The notes below the pieces were generated by a model that saw only the letters and a list, made by a program, of their open reading frames with translations, was not told the DNA's origin and made no database searches. Source: Sarea resinae (taxonomy: Eukaryota). Taken from it: a stretch of 34,348 nt of DNA. The stretch is from assembly GCA_026026165.1 (NCBI GenBank), contig JAPEUD010000085.1, positions 62,001-96,348 on the forward strand, written 5' to 3'. Positions 1-11,723 of this stretch are shown here, one piece after another. The translations under genes were made by a program, and so were the position numbers. How positions within the stretch are numbered: position 1 is the stretch's first letter; each line of letters opens with the position of its first letter.

Positions 1-703
1 ATCGGCGAGTACGCCAACACTCTTGACGATTCTAATAATACCCTGAAGTGGGGCAATCTCCAAGGCGCCATCAGCGAATCAGTCTATATACTGGGCGCCG
101 AACGGAATCAGGACGTCGTCCGCATGACATGCTATGCTCCCACTTTCGCCAACGTCAACAACCTCGATTGGACACCAAACTTGATCTCTTTTGACGCTGA
201 TACTGTTGTCCCCGGCGTCAGCTACTACTTTGAGCAGCTCTTCGCCAGCCACCGTGGTACTAAAACCCTGCAGGTGGAGAACCCAGCGGGTGATTTCGAT
301 CCGCTCTACTGGGCCGCTCAGATCGATGAAACTCTGAACGTCGTCTACCTCAAGCTTACCAATATTGGTGACGACGATGAGCCCTTGATTGTTAACTTTG
401 ATACGTCAATCACAGGTTTCAACGGCACTATCATCGTAAGCTTCAGCCGCCTTTCCCCAACGCTCTCTTAGTTACCCCTATAATCTGCTCCATCACTTCT
501 TATGATACTCATCCATTTGCTCTGCTTTCGATCCAGTGCTGATGGGAGATGACCGACAGACCGGCGACGCCCTTGCCTCCAACACTCTAGCGAGTCCCTA
601 TACTGTCCTTCCTGCTCCGATCGACGCCAGTTTCACCCCAGGAAAACAATTCAAATGGACGGTCCCTAAACTTTCTATCAACGTCTTGGAGTTTAGCCTC
701 TGA
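1..703 (+). CDS. GH51 alpha-L-arabinofuranosidase, 3' part (5' end outside window); exons <1..435 and 560..703
   Basis: Frame 1 reads IGEYA...LQGAISESVYILGAERNQDVVRMTCYAPTFANVN...WTPNLISFDA...SYYFEQLF, the typical fungal GH51 (AbfA-like) C-terminal region (GEY nucleophile motif, ERN.DVV.M..YAP). Intron GTAAGC at 436 to ACAG at 559. Last exon TGDALASNTLASPYTVLP...WTVPKLSINVLEFSL* ends at 703. Confidence 0.9.
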
Positions 704-2605
704 GGTAGACACAATGGTGCTCGGAAGAAAAAAAAGAACTAACATTCCCGGCCATCGGATCTCTATCCCTCTCAAGCGATATAACAGTAGTTTTCGTTCT
801 ATATCCCCCTCAAAAGACCATTTTGTACGCGGGATTTGAAGTTTGTATCAGGCCTGTTTAATGTATATACACGATGCACATAAACATAATGCGTATATAC
901 ATAAGACATTGCTGGACCGTGGCACACGCCTTGAAAAGAATACCTTTGTATTCAGGGATAGCGAAAGTTCTTAATGTAGCACTCTTGATCATATCGAATC
1001 TACCTAGCATCGATCTGGTCTGGCTTCCGCCCCAGCTTACTCGGTCGATCAGAAGCGCTAAGACCAGCGCTTATCTAGAGCCTGACTACTAGTATCTTCG
1101 CTAACGTATCGGCGATTTGGGCAGCTGCGGGTTGTTTGCTTATATAGAGCGCACTCTACTGCGAGCCTTTATGGATAGACTCGCCGCTATCGTATGTAGA
1201 GTCTAGGCACCCTCTTTCTGGCTCTCTCTTTGTTCAGATCCAGACTCTATACCTATATATGTTATATATTGTAACAAATAGCTTATTCCTTCCTTGGACC
1301 CACGTGCGCCTAAGCATATACGTTGGCTTTGGGACCGATTTCACTATTGTAGGCTCGCGGTTGACTTCTCTGGAGGTTTTGAATGGCCTGACACTTCGAT
1401 TTCAATCTTCCGTTAGCTCTTGTTCACTATCAATCGGAATACATTCTAGATCTAAAATCCGAGGTGAGCACTCGATCAAATCGGGTAATCCTACAGATCC
1501 TCGGCGCCTCTTCATTCTAAGGAATGAGTCGCGCTACTTCTCACTCTGTTCCCTGACTGGTACGGCAAGCGACACCCTTTGCCCACCTTACGCAAGGCCT
1601 TCTTCTTCATCAGCCCGAAGGCGTAGCTCTTTATTTCCCTACCTTCCGCAGACAGATGGGTGCGGCACCAATCGTTGTCCTAAACATCCCCTCAACCAGT
1701 TTAAGAGCCATCTCATCACGGTAAGCGTCCTCCGTCTCGAGAGACCGCACATACCTCGGAAGAACGATACAAAACGGAGCATAGACAGCCAGCTGAGTTT
1801 CCTGTCCCCCAAGTCTCCCTCTTCGTACTTCTTCGCATTTCCCGACTTTTCCTTGATATTCCGCCGCAACGCTTGACGGTGGTGAGTGGTGTCGGGCATT
1901 AGAACGATATTACAGTGATGGTAGTAGCACAAGGCCTGGTGGCAAAACTGGGGATTGCCCGCAAATGATCTGTTTATATGACATTCAGCTCCATGTTGCC
2001 GTGGACTCTCTGCTCTCCAAGTACGGGTCCGAATCGAAAACGGCGTCCGCTACGGCGCATTGAGCTTTCGCAACATAAACCTCGGGGCCCTGCAGAGGTA
2101 GTTAGTGAGCGGAAGGAAAGATGGCGAGCGACGGATGGCGTGCACTTGCATTGAGTTCAAATGGGAGGCTGCAGTATTTCCTCGCCATTTCCCAACAAGA
2201 CATATTATTGTATCCTTTTCACGCAGGTTGCAGAACTCGCATTGCCCCGAAGATGGGAAGACATCATGGCCAACGCTGCTTCATGCGCGCGGGTTTTAAG
2301 GAGCATAGCCTGTGAAGAGCGAAGGAGCTAACATTGACGATTTAACCGTGTCGCTCACCGCAGAAGACGCGTCTACGGAACACCGGTGACGCAAGTTGAA
2401 GCCCAACATCATACGTAGATTTGATCTGAAGGCCTCGGCTGTCTTATCTTATCGTTCGCGGGTCTTATCCTCTGCACGAGGCACCTACCGAAGCGTACCT
2501 TACTCACCCTAGACACTCCCACCCGGATCTAGCAACAGCTCTTGAACAGTTCTAGCACCAACCCTCAATGTCTGGAATTTGAGCCAGACCCATCTACGCG
2601 TCGGA

Positions 2606-3475
2606 ATGACGCGATGCGAAGAGGTGGAAGTCGAAGATCCTCTCAAGGCATCGAAGATCAAGAACAAGACACCGAGTTCAAAGCCGATCAATGACTCACC
2701 TTGTCGCCGAGCTCTACTGCTCACCGTCTTCCGTGTCCTCCGACGATGGAGGCCATCACCCACCCCACGAGTGATCATCTTGACTCCCCACATCGTGCTG
2801 AAATATGGCAGATATGTCTCGCTCTCAGAGGCTCATGCGATGGAATTTGTCTCGAGGAACAGTCAGGTCCCAGTGCCTCGGGTAGTCGCTGCCTTCGAAT
2901 CGCGTCATGGCTGCCGATACATGTTCATGACTCGGATCAAGGGAACACCGCTGTCGGATGTGTTTGACGAGATGGACGAGGAAACAAAAGATGATGTTCT
3001 ACGTCAACTACGGATGTATATTCAGGAATTGCGAGAGATCCGACCTCCTACCTCAGGATTTGTTGGAGCTACAGATCTGACCCCACTTCACGATGAACGC
3101 GTCTATCAGGGTGCTCTGGGGCCTTTTGAGAACGTGAAGGAGTTTCATACAGCACTGTGTGGTGGTTTCGAGGAGCCAACTGGCCATACGGAACTCGATA
3201 AACTGATCGAGCAGCAGAAGAAGCAATGTTATACCTCCCGCTTGACCCATGGCGATCTCTCTTTTCGAAACGTGATAATTCGACATAATCGGGTGGTCGG
3301 CATTGTCGATTGGGAGTCGGCGGGGTGGTATCCGGATTATTGGGAGTATGCGAGTACTTGGTATTCCTTCTTCGACTGTCAGCATCTTCGGCGAAGGATC
3401 GATGAGTTCTTGACTCCATACCCTGAAAGGCTAAACAGCGAGAAAGTCCGGCGGAGCCTTTTCAACAATACGTGA
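2606..3475 (+). CDS. APH/choline-kinase-like phosphotransferase (protein-kinase-like fold), intronless
   Basis: Motifs VLKYG, EAHAMEFV...VPVPRV, YMFMTRIKG, LTHGDLSFRNVII, GIVDWESAGWYPDYWEY. First ATG is at 2606; the ORF track starts on a TTG at 2579. Confidence 0.9.
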   Translation: MTRCEEVEVEDPLKASKIKNKTPSSKPINDSPCRRALLLTVFRVLRRWRPSPTPRVIILTPHIVLKYGRYVSLSEAHAMEFVSRNSQVPVPRVVAAFESRHGCRYMFMTRIKGTPLSDVFDEMDEETKDDVLRQLRMYIQELREIRPPTSGFVGATDLTPLHDERVYQGALGPFENVKEFHTALCGGFEEPTGHTELDKLIEQQKKQCYTSRLTHGDLSFRNVIIRHNRVVGIVDWESAGWYPDYWEYASTWYSFFDCQHLRRRIDEFLTPYPERLNSEKVRRSLFNNT

Positions 3476-3537
3476 GATGGACTTCGGACTTTCGTTCAAG
3501 AATATGCGCACAGGGAACGTCTTTTCGGTAATCGAAA

Positions 3538-4062
3538 TCATCGGACCACTTCCTTTGCCACGATGAGGTCGTATGTCGGGACTTCCGTCGGTGCGGGCTC
3601 TTTCTGAAATCTGCCCTCGGTCTTCTTCCTCTCGACGTACGCAACACTCTCCCGCTCGATGAAAGTCCAGTCTTGCGTTTGACCGCCCAGTATTTTGTCA
3701 TCGACGAGTCGGGCTAATGCATTTGACACCCAGGCTCGACACCGCCAATCAGGGTCGTCTTGCACCACCGGTACACGCGCAAGGCACTCATCGAACGCAG
3801 CACGAGGCTTCGCGATCTTCGCAATTAGGACGCGGACCAAAAGCATCTGAGTCTTCATAGACACGAGATCTCGTTGCTCGTAGGTCCACATGTCCTTTAC
3901 GGCCCCATCTCGCATTGCCGGCCTGTTCACCACATGATATCTGGTCGTCTCGTTTTGGGTCCCGGCTTCCTTTTTAGGCGACACGAGAAATGCCCAGTGG
4001 TACGAGTTGGGTACGTTCCGGGCGTAGAGACCTATGTAAAGCCGTGGCTTATTCGAAGGCAT
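3538..4062 (-). CDS. Conserved fungal hypothetical protein, 174 aa (DUF6914-like, HW...C pattern)
   Basis: Clean ATG-to-stop ORF with MPSNKPRLYIGLYAR...YHWAFLVSPK and WRCRAWVSNAL, a pattern I recognise from fungal hypothetical proteins. The DUF name is from memory. Confidence 0.7.
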   Translation of the reverse strand: MPSNKPRLYIGLYARNVPNSYHWAFLVSPKKEAGTQNETTRYHVVNRPAMRDGAVKDMWTYEQRDLVSMKTQMLLVRVLIAKIAKPRAAFDECLARVPVVQDDPDWRCRAWVSNALARLVDDKILGGQTQDWTFIERESVAYVERKKTEGRFQKEPAPTEVPTYDLIVAKEVVR

Positions 4063-5651
4063 CCTTGAGTGAGCTGTCTTTCAAGGGCGATTGATCAAAA
4101 GGCTCGACAAAAGATATGGGCTTCGTTTACCAATACAACAGGTTCAGACGCTCGACTGGCTGCCGAATGGTCTGGTTCAATCGAAGTCTTTGGGGGACAA
4201 TGATTGCTACTACTGCACTGTTGGTTTGCGTGGACAGTCCTTATTTGACGGAATATATTGCCTAGTTCAGGCTGGTGCAGGGTCAAATTCCCAACTCTAG
4301 TTAGTATCACAGCATACAGACAAATACAGACAAAGCAAATTTATGGATTTTATCAGCCGACCGATCAACATGACATCATCTACATTGACATCTTCCTACC
4401 TGTTCTCTCTACGGCTTATATACCATCCGGTCTCCTTTCTATCCACCGCTCGACTTACCTATTTCCAAAATTTCTGTTCTCCGGGACCGATCCAGTCGGA
4501 AATTTTTCACGTTGTCCGGCATCAAACTACGAACAACGACACGACTTTACCTGCCCATTCCGTCATTCCTTGCTCTCGGCGTCACGAGTCTCTCTGGCCT
4601 CTCGCTGACGGAGGTTCGCTGCATTGACACATTTTGGACATTTGTTCCCAGGCCTGAACATTTCATCCGGATGGGTTTCACAGGGGACCTTGTGCCCCTT
4701 CGCAATCATCGATGTGTAAATGCCTTGTGGCGAACGCGACTAGAGAAATCGTTAGTACTGGGGTAATTTTGGAATAAGGTGATAGAAAGATTATGCGTAC
4801 CAATGGTGAGTACCCATCTTTAGATGAAAGAGATTCAACAGCCCCGGACAAAGCAAAGAATGTGCAGCGGTTCGATCTGTAGAGGACTTTAGCCGGGGAA
4901 AAAACTGACCTGAATATGTTCTTTCAATGAAAGCAAAAATGCCAATAAGCAGCGATGGCAGGCGAAGGTGGAGATGAAACGTCCTGGGATTGCTATCATT
5001 GAAAGGTCTCCCCTTGCTGGTTTATATATCATAGGCCGGCCTCTCTTCTCTAAGACTGCATGCCCTATAAACGGCGAGCCATTGGCACAAAGCACTGTTC
5101 ATGCATCGGAACATTTCTCGACCTCAAATCTGTCAAAGCTCTTTTTCGAACAGGTCTTTGTTGACGAAGACATCTGTACATTACCAGTTCGTCTCCTTTG
5201 ATCTTCCCGAACCACTGGATGAAATGGGGACAAGGAATCGCATGCGCCCCAATCAAAACAAGTCCATTGTTACAACTCTATCGGACCAAGCTCAGAAGTT
5301 AGGTTGATGCGTCTCTGTTCAATATCGTTGGTGCGAAGTCCTTTCATTCTTTCTGGCTTCCCTTGCGCAGCTGTGTGTTTTGTAGATTCGGAAGATCATG
5401 TTGACAAAGAAAACAGACGACTGCTTTCACCGGGATCCTAAGCTACAAATCTACAGGTACAAAGCGAACTCATTCAATGGGCGTAGAACTTTCTTATAGC
5501 TTGAAGAGGATTATCACGGTAGCACCGTTGTAATATAAATCACAATCAAGTGGTGAATGAAACATACACCGACCTGTAGCTGTCTCGTGTCCTTTCATCC
5601 CCTTCCTGGACCTCCTTCTCCCCGATCCAGTCAAGAGAAGCCTTTCTTACT

Positions 5652-5934
5652 TTAGCTATCAATCTGACTAGCTATCGAAAGTTTCCAATAGAAGCACTTA
5701 TTTCTTATTTTCTCACGGCGGGCCGCACCCTCGCGTACTGCTCGGCAAGTTTCACACTCAACCCCTGGCAACGAATATATTTCAGGATGAATTGAGCATT
5801 GGACCATATGTGCCTGCTTCTTGCAACGGGTCGAGAATGGTTTTCCACACTCAGCACTAGACGTAGATAACAATTAGGTCCTCATTTCTGCTTGTGAAGT
5901 AGGAAGATTGCGCTTACCAGTGATGAAGCCCCAT
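5652..5934 (-). CDS. Small spliced Cys/His-rich (putative zinc-binding) protein, ~73 aa; exons 5934..5918 and 5856..5652 (3' end uncertain)
   Basis: ATG GGG CTT CAT CAC TG|GTAAGC donor at 5917, CTAAT branch and CTAG acceptor at 5857. Splicing creates the Cys of HCAECGK and gives MGLHHCAECGKPFSTRCKKQAHMVQCSIHPEIYSLPGVECETCRAVREGAARREK... Confidence 0.6.
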
Positions 5935-6674
5935 TCTTTCAGTGTGTAGGAAGACCAGTCGAGTGCAGAGATAGCAGAAACAATCCGACGAGTCAATCGA
6001 GTGTGGTCGAGACTGATATTCTGACGTCTGGTGCTTGGTTATTCGTATCTGCCTATTTGGGTGTAAGGGACCTTAGGCTGATAAAATGAGACGTGGAAGG
6101 AGACTGACAAGAAAAGTGACTGTAGTTCGAATTTCGAGATAGAATGCTTTGGATTTTGAGTTGGAAATTAGAGACCTCATTGCTCCCTTAAGCCTAGAAA
6201 GAATAGGATAGAGTGAATCGACATGAGCCTTCCCTCGGAAATGCTAAGTCCTGGCGGCAAGGCATGACGTCTGAGCTTAGTCCAAGAGAAGTCCCTCGTG
6301 AGCTGTGAATGATGTTTTAGATATATGCTAGCTGTATCAAAACTCACGGTTGGAAGCCAACGAAAACATCACCCAGAACCACAAATGAACCCGAGTCTCG
6401 CAGTCAGTTCCACGTCAGTTCTTCTCGTGCGTTCCTATTGTTCACAACATTGAATCTTCGCTGAGCATCAATTGACACATATCAGCATCTATTCAGACGC
6501 AGGATCCTATCAAGACACCTGCGGTCAGTCAGTCTTGAGGTTCTTGAGGTTCTTGACCCTCTTGACCTTTGAAATCCCATGCTGTCCATCTTCGTTCGAT
6601 AATAGTCGGTGGGTTCCATTTCTCCCGGTCTACTGCACCTTGACCTCATCACCCGACCGATAGGAACTTTCACG

Positions 6675-8078
6675 ATGACAGCTCCCGAGTCAGACACTAC
6701 CTGTATTCAAGAGCCTAAAGGCGATCGTGGCGATAAGGACGACAATAGCAACGATGGTAACAATGACGACGAGAACCTGGCCACGTTCTCTGCAGTCATG
6801 GCTAGCTTACGGCTAGATTGTCTACCTACCTTCGCTTTATCGATTCGTGCCCGAGGACCTGGGAGTGATTTTACCAGCTCTGATAATCAACCCATGCAAT
6901 GCACCGTACTCGAGAGGCCCCTCTTTGGCTCCTACCATATTGTCTATCCGCTTGAATTTAGCGATGGAGTCCGCTGGATATTAAAAGTGCCTGCAACAGG
7001 CCATCGCGATCGCTTCGATGAGATGGCTGCGCGAGCTTTGACTTCGGAAGCATTGACTATGCGGCTTTTGAAACGAGAAACAACTATCCCCTGTCCAGAG
7101 GTCTACCTTTGGGATGCTAGTCTTGACAATGAGCTCCACTGTCCTTTCATTTTGATGGATTATGTTGCTGGTATACCGCTATACGACTGTTGGTTCGATC
7201 GAAATATTCCCCGAGATCTACTCGAAAGCCGTCGCAAACAGATCCTCCGGGATCTCGCAAAGGCGATGGTTCAGATGAACCAATTCGCATTCTCTAAAGG
7301 CGGCGCACCACTTTTCAACGAAGATGGTCAACTACGATCTATCGGACCGATGAGGAATGTCGACGTGAACGCCATGCTGGTTCTTACGAGAGATGATGAT
7401 ACCGCCGACCCGGACGCGGTGTTTTGCGAATCAGGACCATTTTCCGATTACAAGTCGTTCTTCCTCTGCATGCTGGACCGCCGAGATGCTCCACCTGACG
7501 AATTTAGCCAAGGACTTTACAAGCTTCTTAGGCTTTTTATCAACTGGATTTCCGAAAGTGATCCTCAGGATGAGCACGGCTTCGTTTTGACGCACCCTGA
7601 TCTCGATATCCAGAACGTCATAGTCTCCGAGGAAGGAAGCATCCAAGGATTAATCGACTGGGATGGAGTTTCGGCAGTCCCGCGCTGCATTGGAAATGAT
7701 CGCTACCCCAGCTGGCTGACGCGAGACTGGGATGAGGTCTGCTATCGTTACAGTGCCGGACCGGAATGTAACAAAGCCACGCTCCTTGAAAACTCTCCAG
7801 AGGAACTCGAAAAGTATCGAGCTTTGTACGCTCGGTTCATCGAATCCTCTTTTAACTCTACCCAGTGTGGTGGAGCTACTACTACTACTCCTATTGACGA
7901 GGCAGGAGAAGCGAACCTCGCCACTGGATCCTTTCAAAGACCATGGACTCGTGGATCGCTGTTACTCGAGAACCTCCAAATCGCTGCAGACGATCCCGTC
8001 TGTACACACACAATCATGGTACGGCTCTTTGAGGAAATAAAGCGAGTCTTGAAAGGTTGGTCCAACTTTCTATATTGA
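6675..8078 (+). CDS. APH-family phosphotransferase (long fungal type), intronless
   Basis: Motifs GSYHIVYPLEFSDGVRWILKVP, SEALTMRLLKRETTIPCPEV, PFILMDYVAG, FVLTHPDLDIQNVIV, GLIDWDGV, YPSWLTRDWD. First ATG is at 6675. Confidence 0.88.
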   Translation: MTAPESDTTCIQEPKGDRGDKDDNSNDGNNDDENLATFSAVMASLRLDCLPTFALSIRARGPGSDFTSSDNQPMQCTVLERPLFGSYHIVYPLEFSDGVRWILKVPATGHRDRFDEMAARALTSEALTMRLLKRETTIPCPEVYLWDASLDNELHCPFILMDYVAGIPLYDCWFDRNIPRDLLESRRKQILRDLAKAMVQMNQFAFSKGGAPLFNEDGQLRSIGPMRNVDVNAMLVLTRDDDTADPDAVFCESGPFSDYKSFFLCMLDRRDAPPDEFSQGLYKLLRLFINWISESDPQDEHGFVLTHPDLDIQNVIVSEEGSIQGLIDWDGVSAVPRCIGNDRYPSWLTRDWDEVCYRYSAGPECNKATLLENSPEELEKYRALYARFIESSFNSTQCGGATTTTPIDEAGEANLATGSFQRPWTRGSLLLENLQIAADDPVCTHTIMVRLFEEIKRVLKGWSNFLY

Positions 8079-9097
8079 GAGCACACTGGGTGAACGCGAC
8101 TGATGAATTGGCTTTCTTTCAGGCAATGAAGATGGCAACCAGCTCAGAAGTGATCTTTCTACCAGCCTGACTGGTGGTGATCGGGAAGACAAGGTAGTCG
8201 GCGATGAAAGCGACAACAGCGACGAGGCAAGCGAGCCGTTTCTCTATGAGACAGTGTGCGATCTAGTCGCTGGCGAGGCAGATCCATTTCTACTTGACAG
8301 GATAAAAAGCGCATTTCTAGAATTATTTTCAAAATAGATATGGATCGAGAATTACCAACATCATGTTCCGGTATGACTAGATTGACAATATCATAACATC
8401 TTTTAATGTACAGTAGGGACGATTCTGCACCAACCACCGGTGGTAGGTACGAGCTTGTTTATTTATTCCTTGGAGAAGGTAGGCATGCAATTATGTTGCT
8501 TACCCTACTACATCTTCTATCTCCCGTCGTTTTCACAGCGGCACAGTCGCATCCGCACTCTAAAATTGCACAAGGGTTTTGCGTCGAGCGTCAATCTCGA
8601 CGCCGAACGGCAAAGCTTTATTATAGACTTATAGGAGAAGCTCCTTCGTTCTGAAGAATTGATTATACGTGATATAGATAGCTTGGCTGTTCTTCATTAA
8701 CAGTGCGTAATGATTTGACGCGCACCATGATGCGCGCTATACTCATAAGAGACATTGGCTGATGAATATCGCCGAGGACAATATCGCCGAGCTGGAGTGG
8801 CTGTTGTACGACCAAGACTGGCCCCGAATCTACGCTGGTCCTCGCTATTCTTACTTTAGGTGCCACCCTCGGTGAGATTAGAAGGCCGTGCCTATCCTTA
8901 AGATGAACATTGAATCCCTGGCTCTGAGGCCAAAAGACAGGAAAGGCCACCACGGCGGCTAGATGGTCATTGATTTCACAGGCATATGATGACTGTCATT
9001 CAACTTGAAGAGGCTCACTTTTCTACTCTGAAAGCGCCACAGTGATTCACTTTCATTACAACTCCTCTTTCACACCTCGCCTTTGTACGACGCCACA

Positions 9098-10482
9098 ATG
9101 CCTACAGACGACTACCACGACAAGTCTGAAGATGTTCGGAGCCAGGAACCATCTTCGACGGGGACATCAGTAGCCGAATATGTTTTCCCCGAGGGAGGTA
9201 CAAAAGCATGGCTAGTTGTCGCAGGGTGCTTCTGTGTCCAGCTCTTCACCTTTGGCTATGTCAATGCGTTTGGGTAAGCTGAATCCTCAGATCGCGCTTC
9301 CAGTATCTAACGATACATTTTTATAGTGTGTATCAAGCGTATTACGCTCAGACCTTTCTGCGCGACAAAACGGCATCGGATATTGCCTGGATCGGGTCAA
9401 TCCAATTCTTTTTCCAATTCTCTGCTGGCTCACTCTCGGGCCCAGTCACTGACCGATACGGACCAAGAGTACTTCACCCTTTCAATCAAGACACAATTTG
9501 ATTGCTGACTCTGATCCAGGTTACTATATGTTCATCCTCTGCCCTCTACGTTGCCTCTCTGATGCTCACAAGCCTTTGCAAGGAGTACTACCAGTACCTT
9601 CTCTGTCAGGGTATTCTGGCAGGGATAACGAACGGATTGGTATACACTCCCGCTGTTTCGATAATTGGCCAGTACTTTCACCGCCGGCGAGCTTTGGCTA
9701 TGGGGATTGCTTCCACGGGTTCCTCCTTGGGCGGAGTCATCTTTCCCGTCATGCTCATCCGTATGCTCTTTCACACGTCGATTGGCTTTGGCTGGTCTGT
9801 TCGAGTAGTCGGATTTCTGGTGCTTGGCTTGGTGCTCGTCGCCGCTCTCACCGTCATCCCCCGCATCGCACCGCGACACGGCCCCTTGATCCTCTACCGT
9901 GCTTTCGAGGACCCCGCCTACTCATTCCAGGTAGCCGGATTGTCCTTCGTGTTCCTTGGTCTAATGACTCCGATGTTCTATTTACCTAGTTATTCTCGGC
10001 AACATGGAATGAGTCAGGATCTGTCCTTTTACACGCTGGCGATACTCAATGCCACATCGCTTTTTGGTCGTCTGCTTTCAGGGTATTTTGCCCAAGGTCT
10101 GGGAAGATTCAATTTAGTCATATTCTCGAGCGCTGTCGCCGCTATTTTGTGTTTCTGTTTGATGCGGATCAACACCTCAGCAGCTATAATCGTCTTCGCG
10201 GCACTTTACGGCCTGCCTTCTGGATCTATCGTTGCCATGCTGCCCACCGTCGTCGCCCTTGTCACACCCGAGCCAAACCAAATCGGCACTTATATCGGCA
10301 TGGCCCTAGGCGTTGCTAGCATTGCAGGTCTCGTTGGAACACCGATCACAGGCGCTCTGATATCTCACTACGGTGGCTACGACCAGGCACTTATCTTCAG
10401 TGGTGTAGTGATGATATTTGGTGCCTCTCTGATTCTACGTGCAAGATTTTCCTTTGCGAAACCAGGCGAGATCTTTGTCTAG
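9098..10482 (+). CDS. MFS transporter, monocarboxylate porter (MCH-like) family; exons 9098..9273, 9327..9468, 9520..10482
   Basis: Motifs FPEGGTKAWLVVAGCF...GYVNAFG|VYQAYY...SDIAWIGSIQ...DRYGPR and QYFHRRRALAMGIASTGSSLGGVIFP, plus about 12 hydrophobic segments. Introns 9274..9326 (GTAAGC/CTAAC/TAG) and 9469..9519 (GTACTT/CTGAC/CAG) keep the frame. Confidence 0.92.
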
Positions 10483-10628
10483 AGTGGTCAATCGCGTTAG
10501 AGCATAGTGTTTAGCGCAGGACACCTAACAAACTCAAAGGTAGCGTTTAGGTGTACACGTGTAGAATAGTTTACTCATTATAACAATAGGTATCTGATTG
10601 AAATATCTTTCGACTCTAATCTAGATGT

Positions 10629-11723
10629 CTACGACCCACTCTCGCGTTCTTGCAACGCTTTACGCACCTTTGGCAGCACATAACGACCATAGTCAATAGC
10701 ATCGTTGAGGTTGTCGTAGCCACGAATGGAAATGAGCTCCGCACCAAGATTGGCGTAGTCCAGGAGGGAGTCGGTGATGGTCTGCGGAGATCCCACCAAC
10801 GCGGTCGACGCTCCGCGCGCATTCGTCGCGGTGACGGTCGGAAACCAAAGTGCGCGGTCATGGACCTCGCCGCGACTCGCAATGTCAAGCAGTCGTTGGG
10901 AGCCCACGTTTTGCGGCGGTGGCGCGTCGGCGGGCGCTTTGCCTTGGCCTTGACTGCGCTTCTCCTTCAGAGTGTCCAAAGTGTGATGCGCCTTGGCCCA
11001 GGCGAGCTCGTCCGTCTCGGCAATAATGGGCCGAAATGTCACCCAAATCCGTGGCCGATCCGTTTTGGCGCGGCCGGCACGATCCGCCTCGGCGTAGACG
11101 TGGTCGATCTGCTCCTTGGTTTCCTTCAGCGGCTCGCCCCAGAGCCCGAAGATGTCGGCCAGGGCGCCGCCGATGCGATATGCCTCGTCCGACGAGCCGC
11201 CCACCGAGACCGGTATCGTGCCCTGGGTCGGACGCACGCGATTGCTGAATTGTTTGAACTGGTAGTATTTCCCATCCCAATCGAAGGGATCCGACGACTG
11301 CCACGCGCGACGGAGGATGCGAATATACTCCTCTAGGCGCGCGTAGCGCTGCTCCTTGGGGAGGAAGTCGCCCTCTTTGGCCTGCTCGGCATCACTTCCG
11401 CCGGCGATAAAGTGCACGACGACACGACCGGAGCTGAGCTGGTCGAGGGTTGCCAGAGCCTTGGCCGCCACCGTCGGGTACAGCGTGTTTGGTCGCAACG
11501 CGATGATGACCTTGATGTTCTTCGTCACCGCCGCGATGGTTGCGCCAATGGTGAAGGGGTCGTACGAGGATGAATCATACGGCACGAGCGTGTAGTTGAA
11601 GCCATAATCATCGAGCGACCTGGCGTAGCGGACGAGATAGTCCGGATCAACACTTGGGTTGGGAAGCGGATTGAGCTCCGTGGATGCGTTGGGAAACGTC
11701 AGGCTGATAAATTCGACAGTCAT
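10629..11723 (-). CDS. Bacterial luciferase-like (LLM) flavin-dependent monooxygenase, SsuD/alkanesulfonate monooxygenase-like, intronless
   Basis: Motifs IIALRPNTLYPTVAAKALATLDQLSSGRV, EGDFLPKEQRYARLEEY, VGGSSDEA, WGEPL, STALVGSPQTI. ATG at 11723 (MTVEFISL). Confidence 0.92.
   Translation of the reverse strand: MTVEFISLTFPNASTELNPLPNPSVDPDYLVRYARSLDDYGFNYTLVPYDSSSYDPFTIGATIAAVTKNIKVIIALRPNTLYPTVAAKALATLDQLSSGRVVVHFIAGGSDAEQAKEGDFLPKEQRYARLEEYIRILRRAWQSSDPFDWDGKYYQFKQFSNRVRPTQGTIPVSVGGSSDEAYRIGGALADIFGLWGEPLKETKEQIDHVYAEADRAGRAKTDRPRIWVTFRPIIAETDELAWAKAHHTLDTLKEKRSQGQGKAPADAPPPQNVGSQRLLDIASRGEVHDRALWFPTVTATNARGASTALVGSPQTITDSLLDYANLGAELISIRGYDNLNDAIDYGRYVLPKVRKALQERESGS

Noticed and set aside
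1259..1876. 205-aa + strand ORF
   Set aside because: Ser/Arg/Leu-rich with no motif; looks like an antisense or chance frame over degenerate sequence.
8989..8999. ATGACTGTCAT palindrome upstream of the MFS gene as a CYS3/MetR sulfur-regulation site
   Set aside because: It is 11 bp and does not fit the 10-bp ATGRYRYCAT consensus; single occurrence.
10650..11336. 228-aa + strand ORF and other nested ORFs within the LLM gene
   Set aside because: Shadow frames expected in GC-rich coding DNA.
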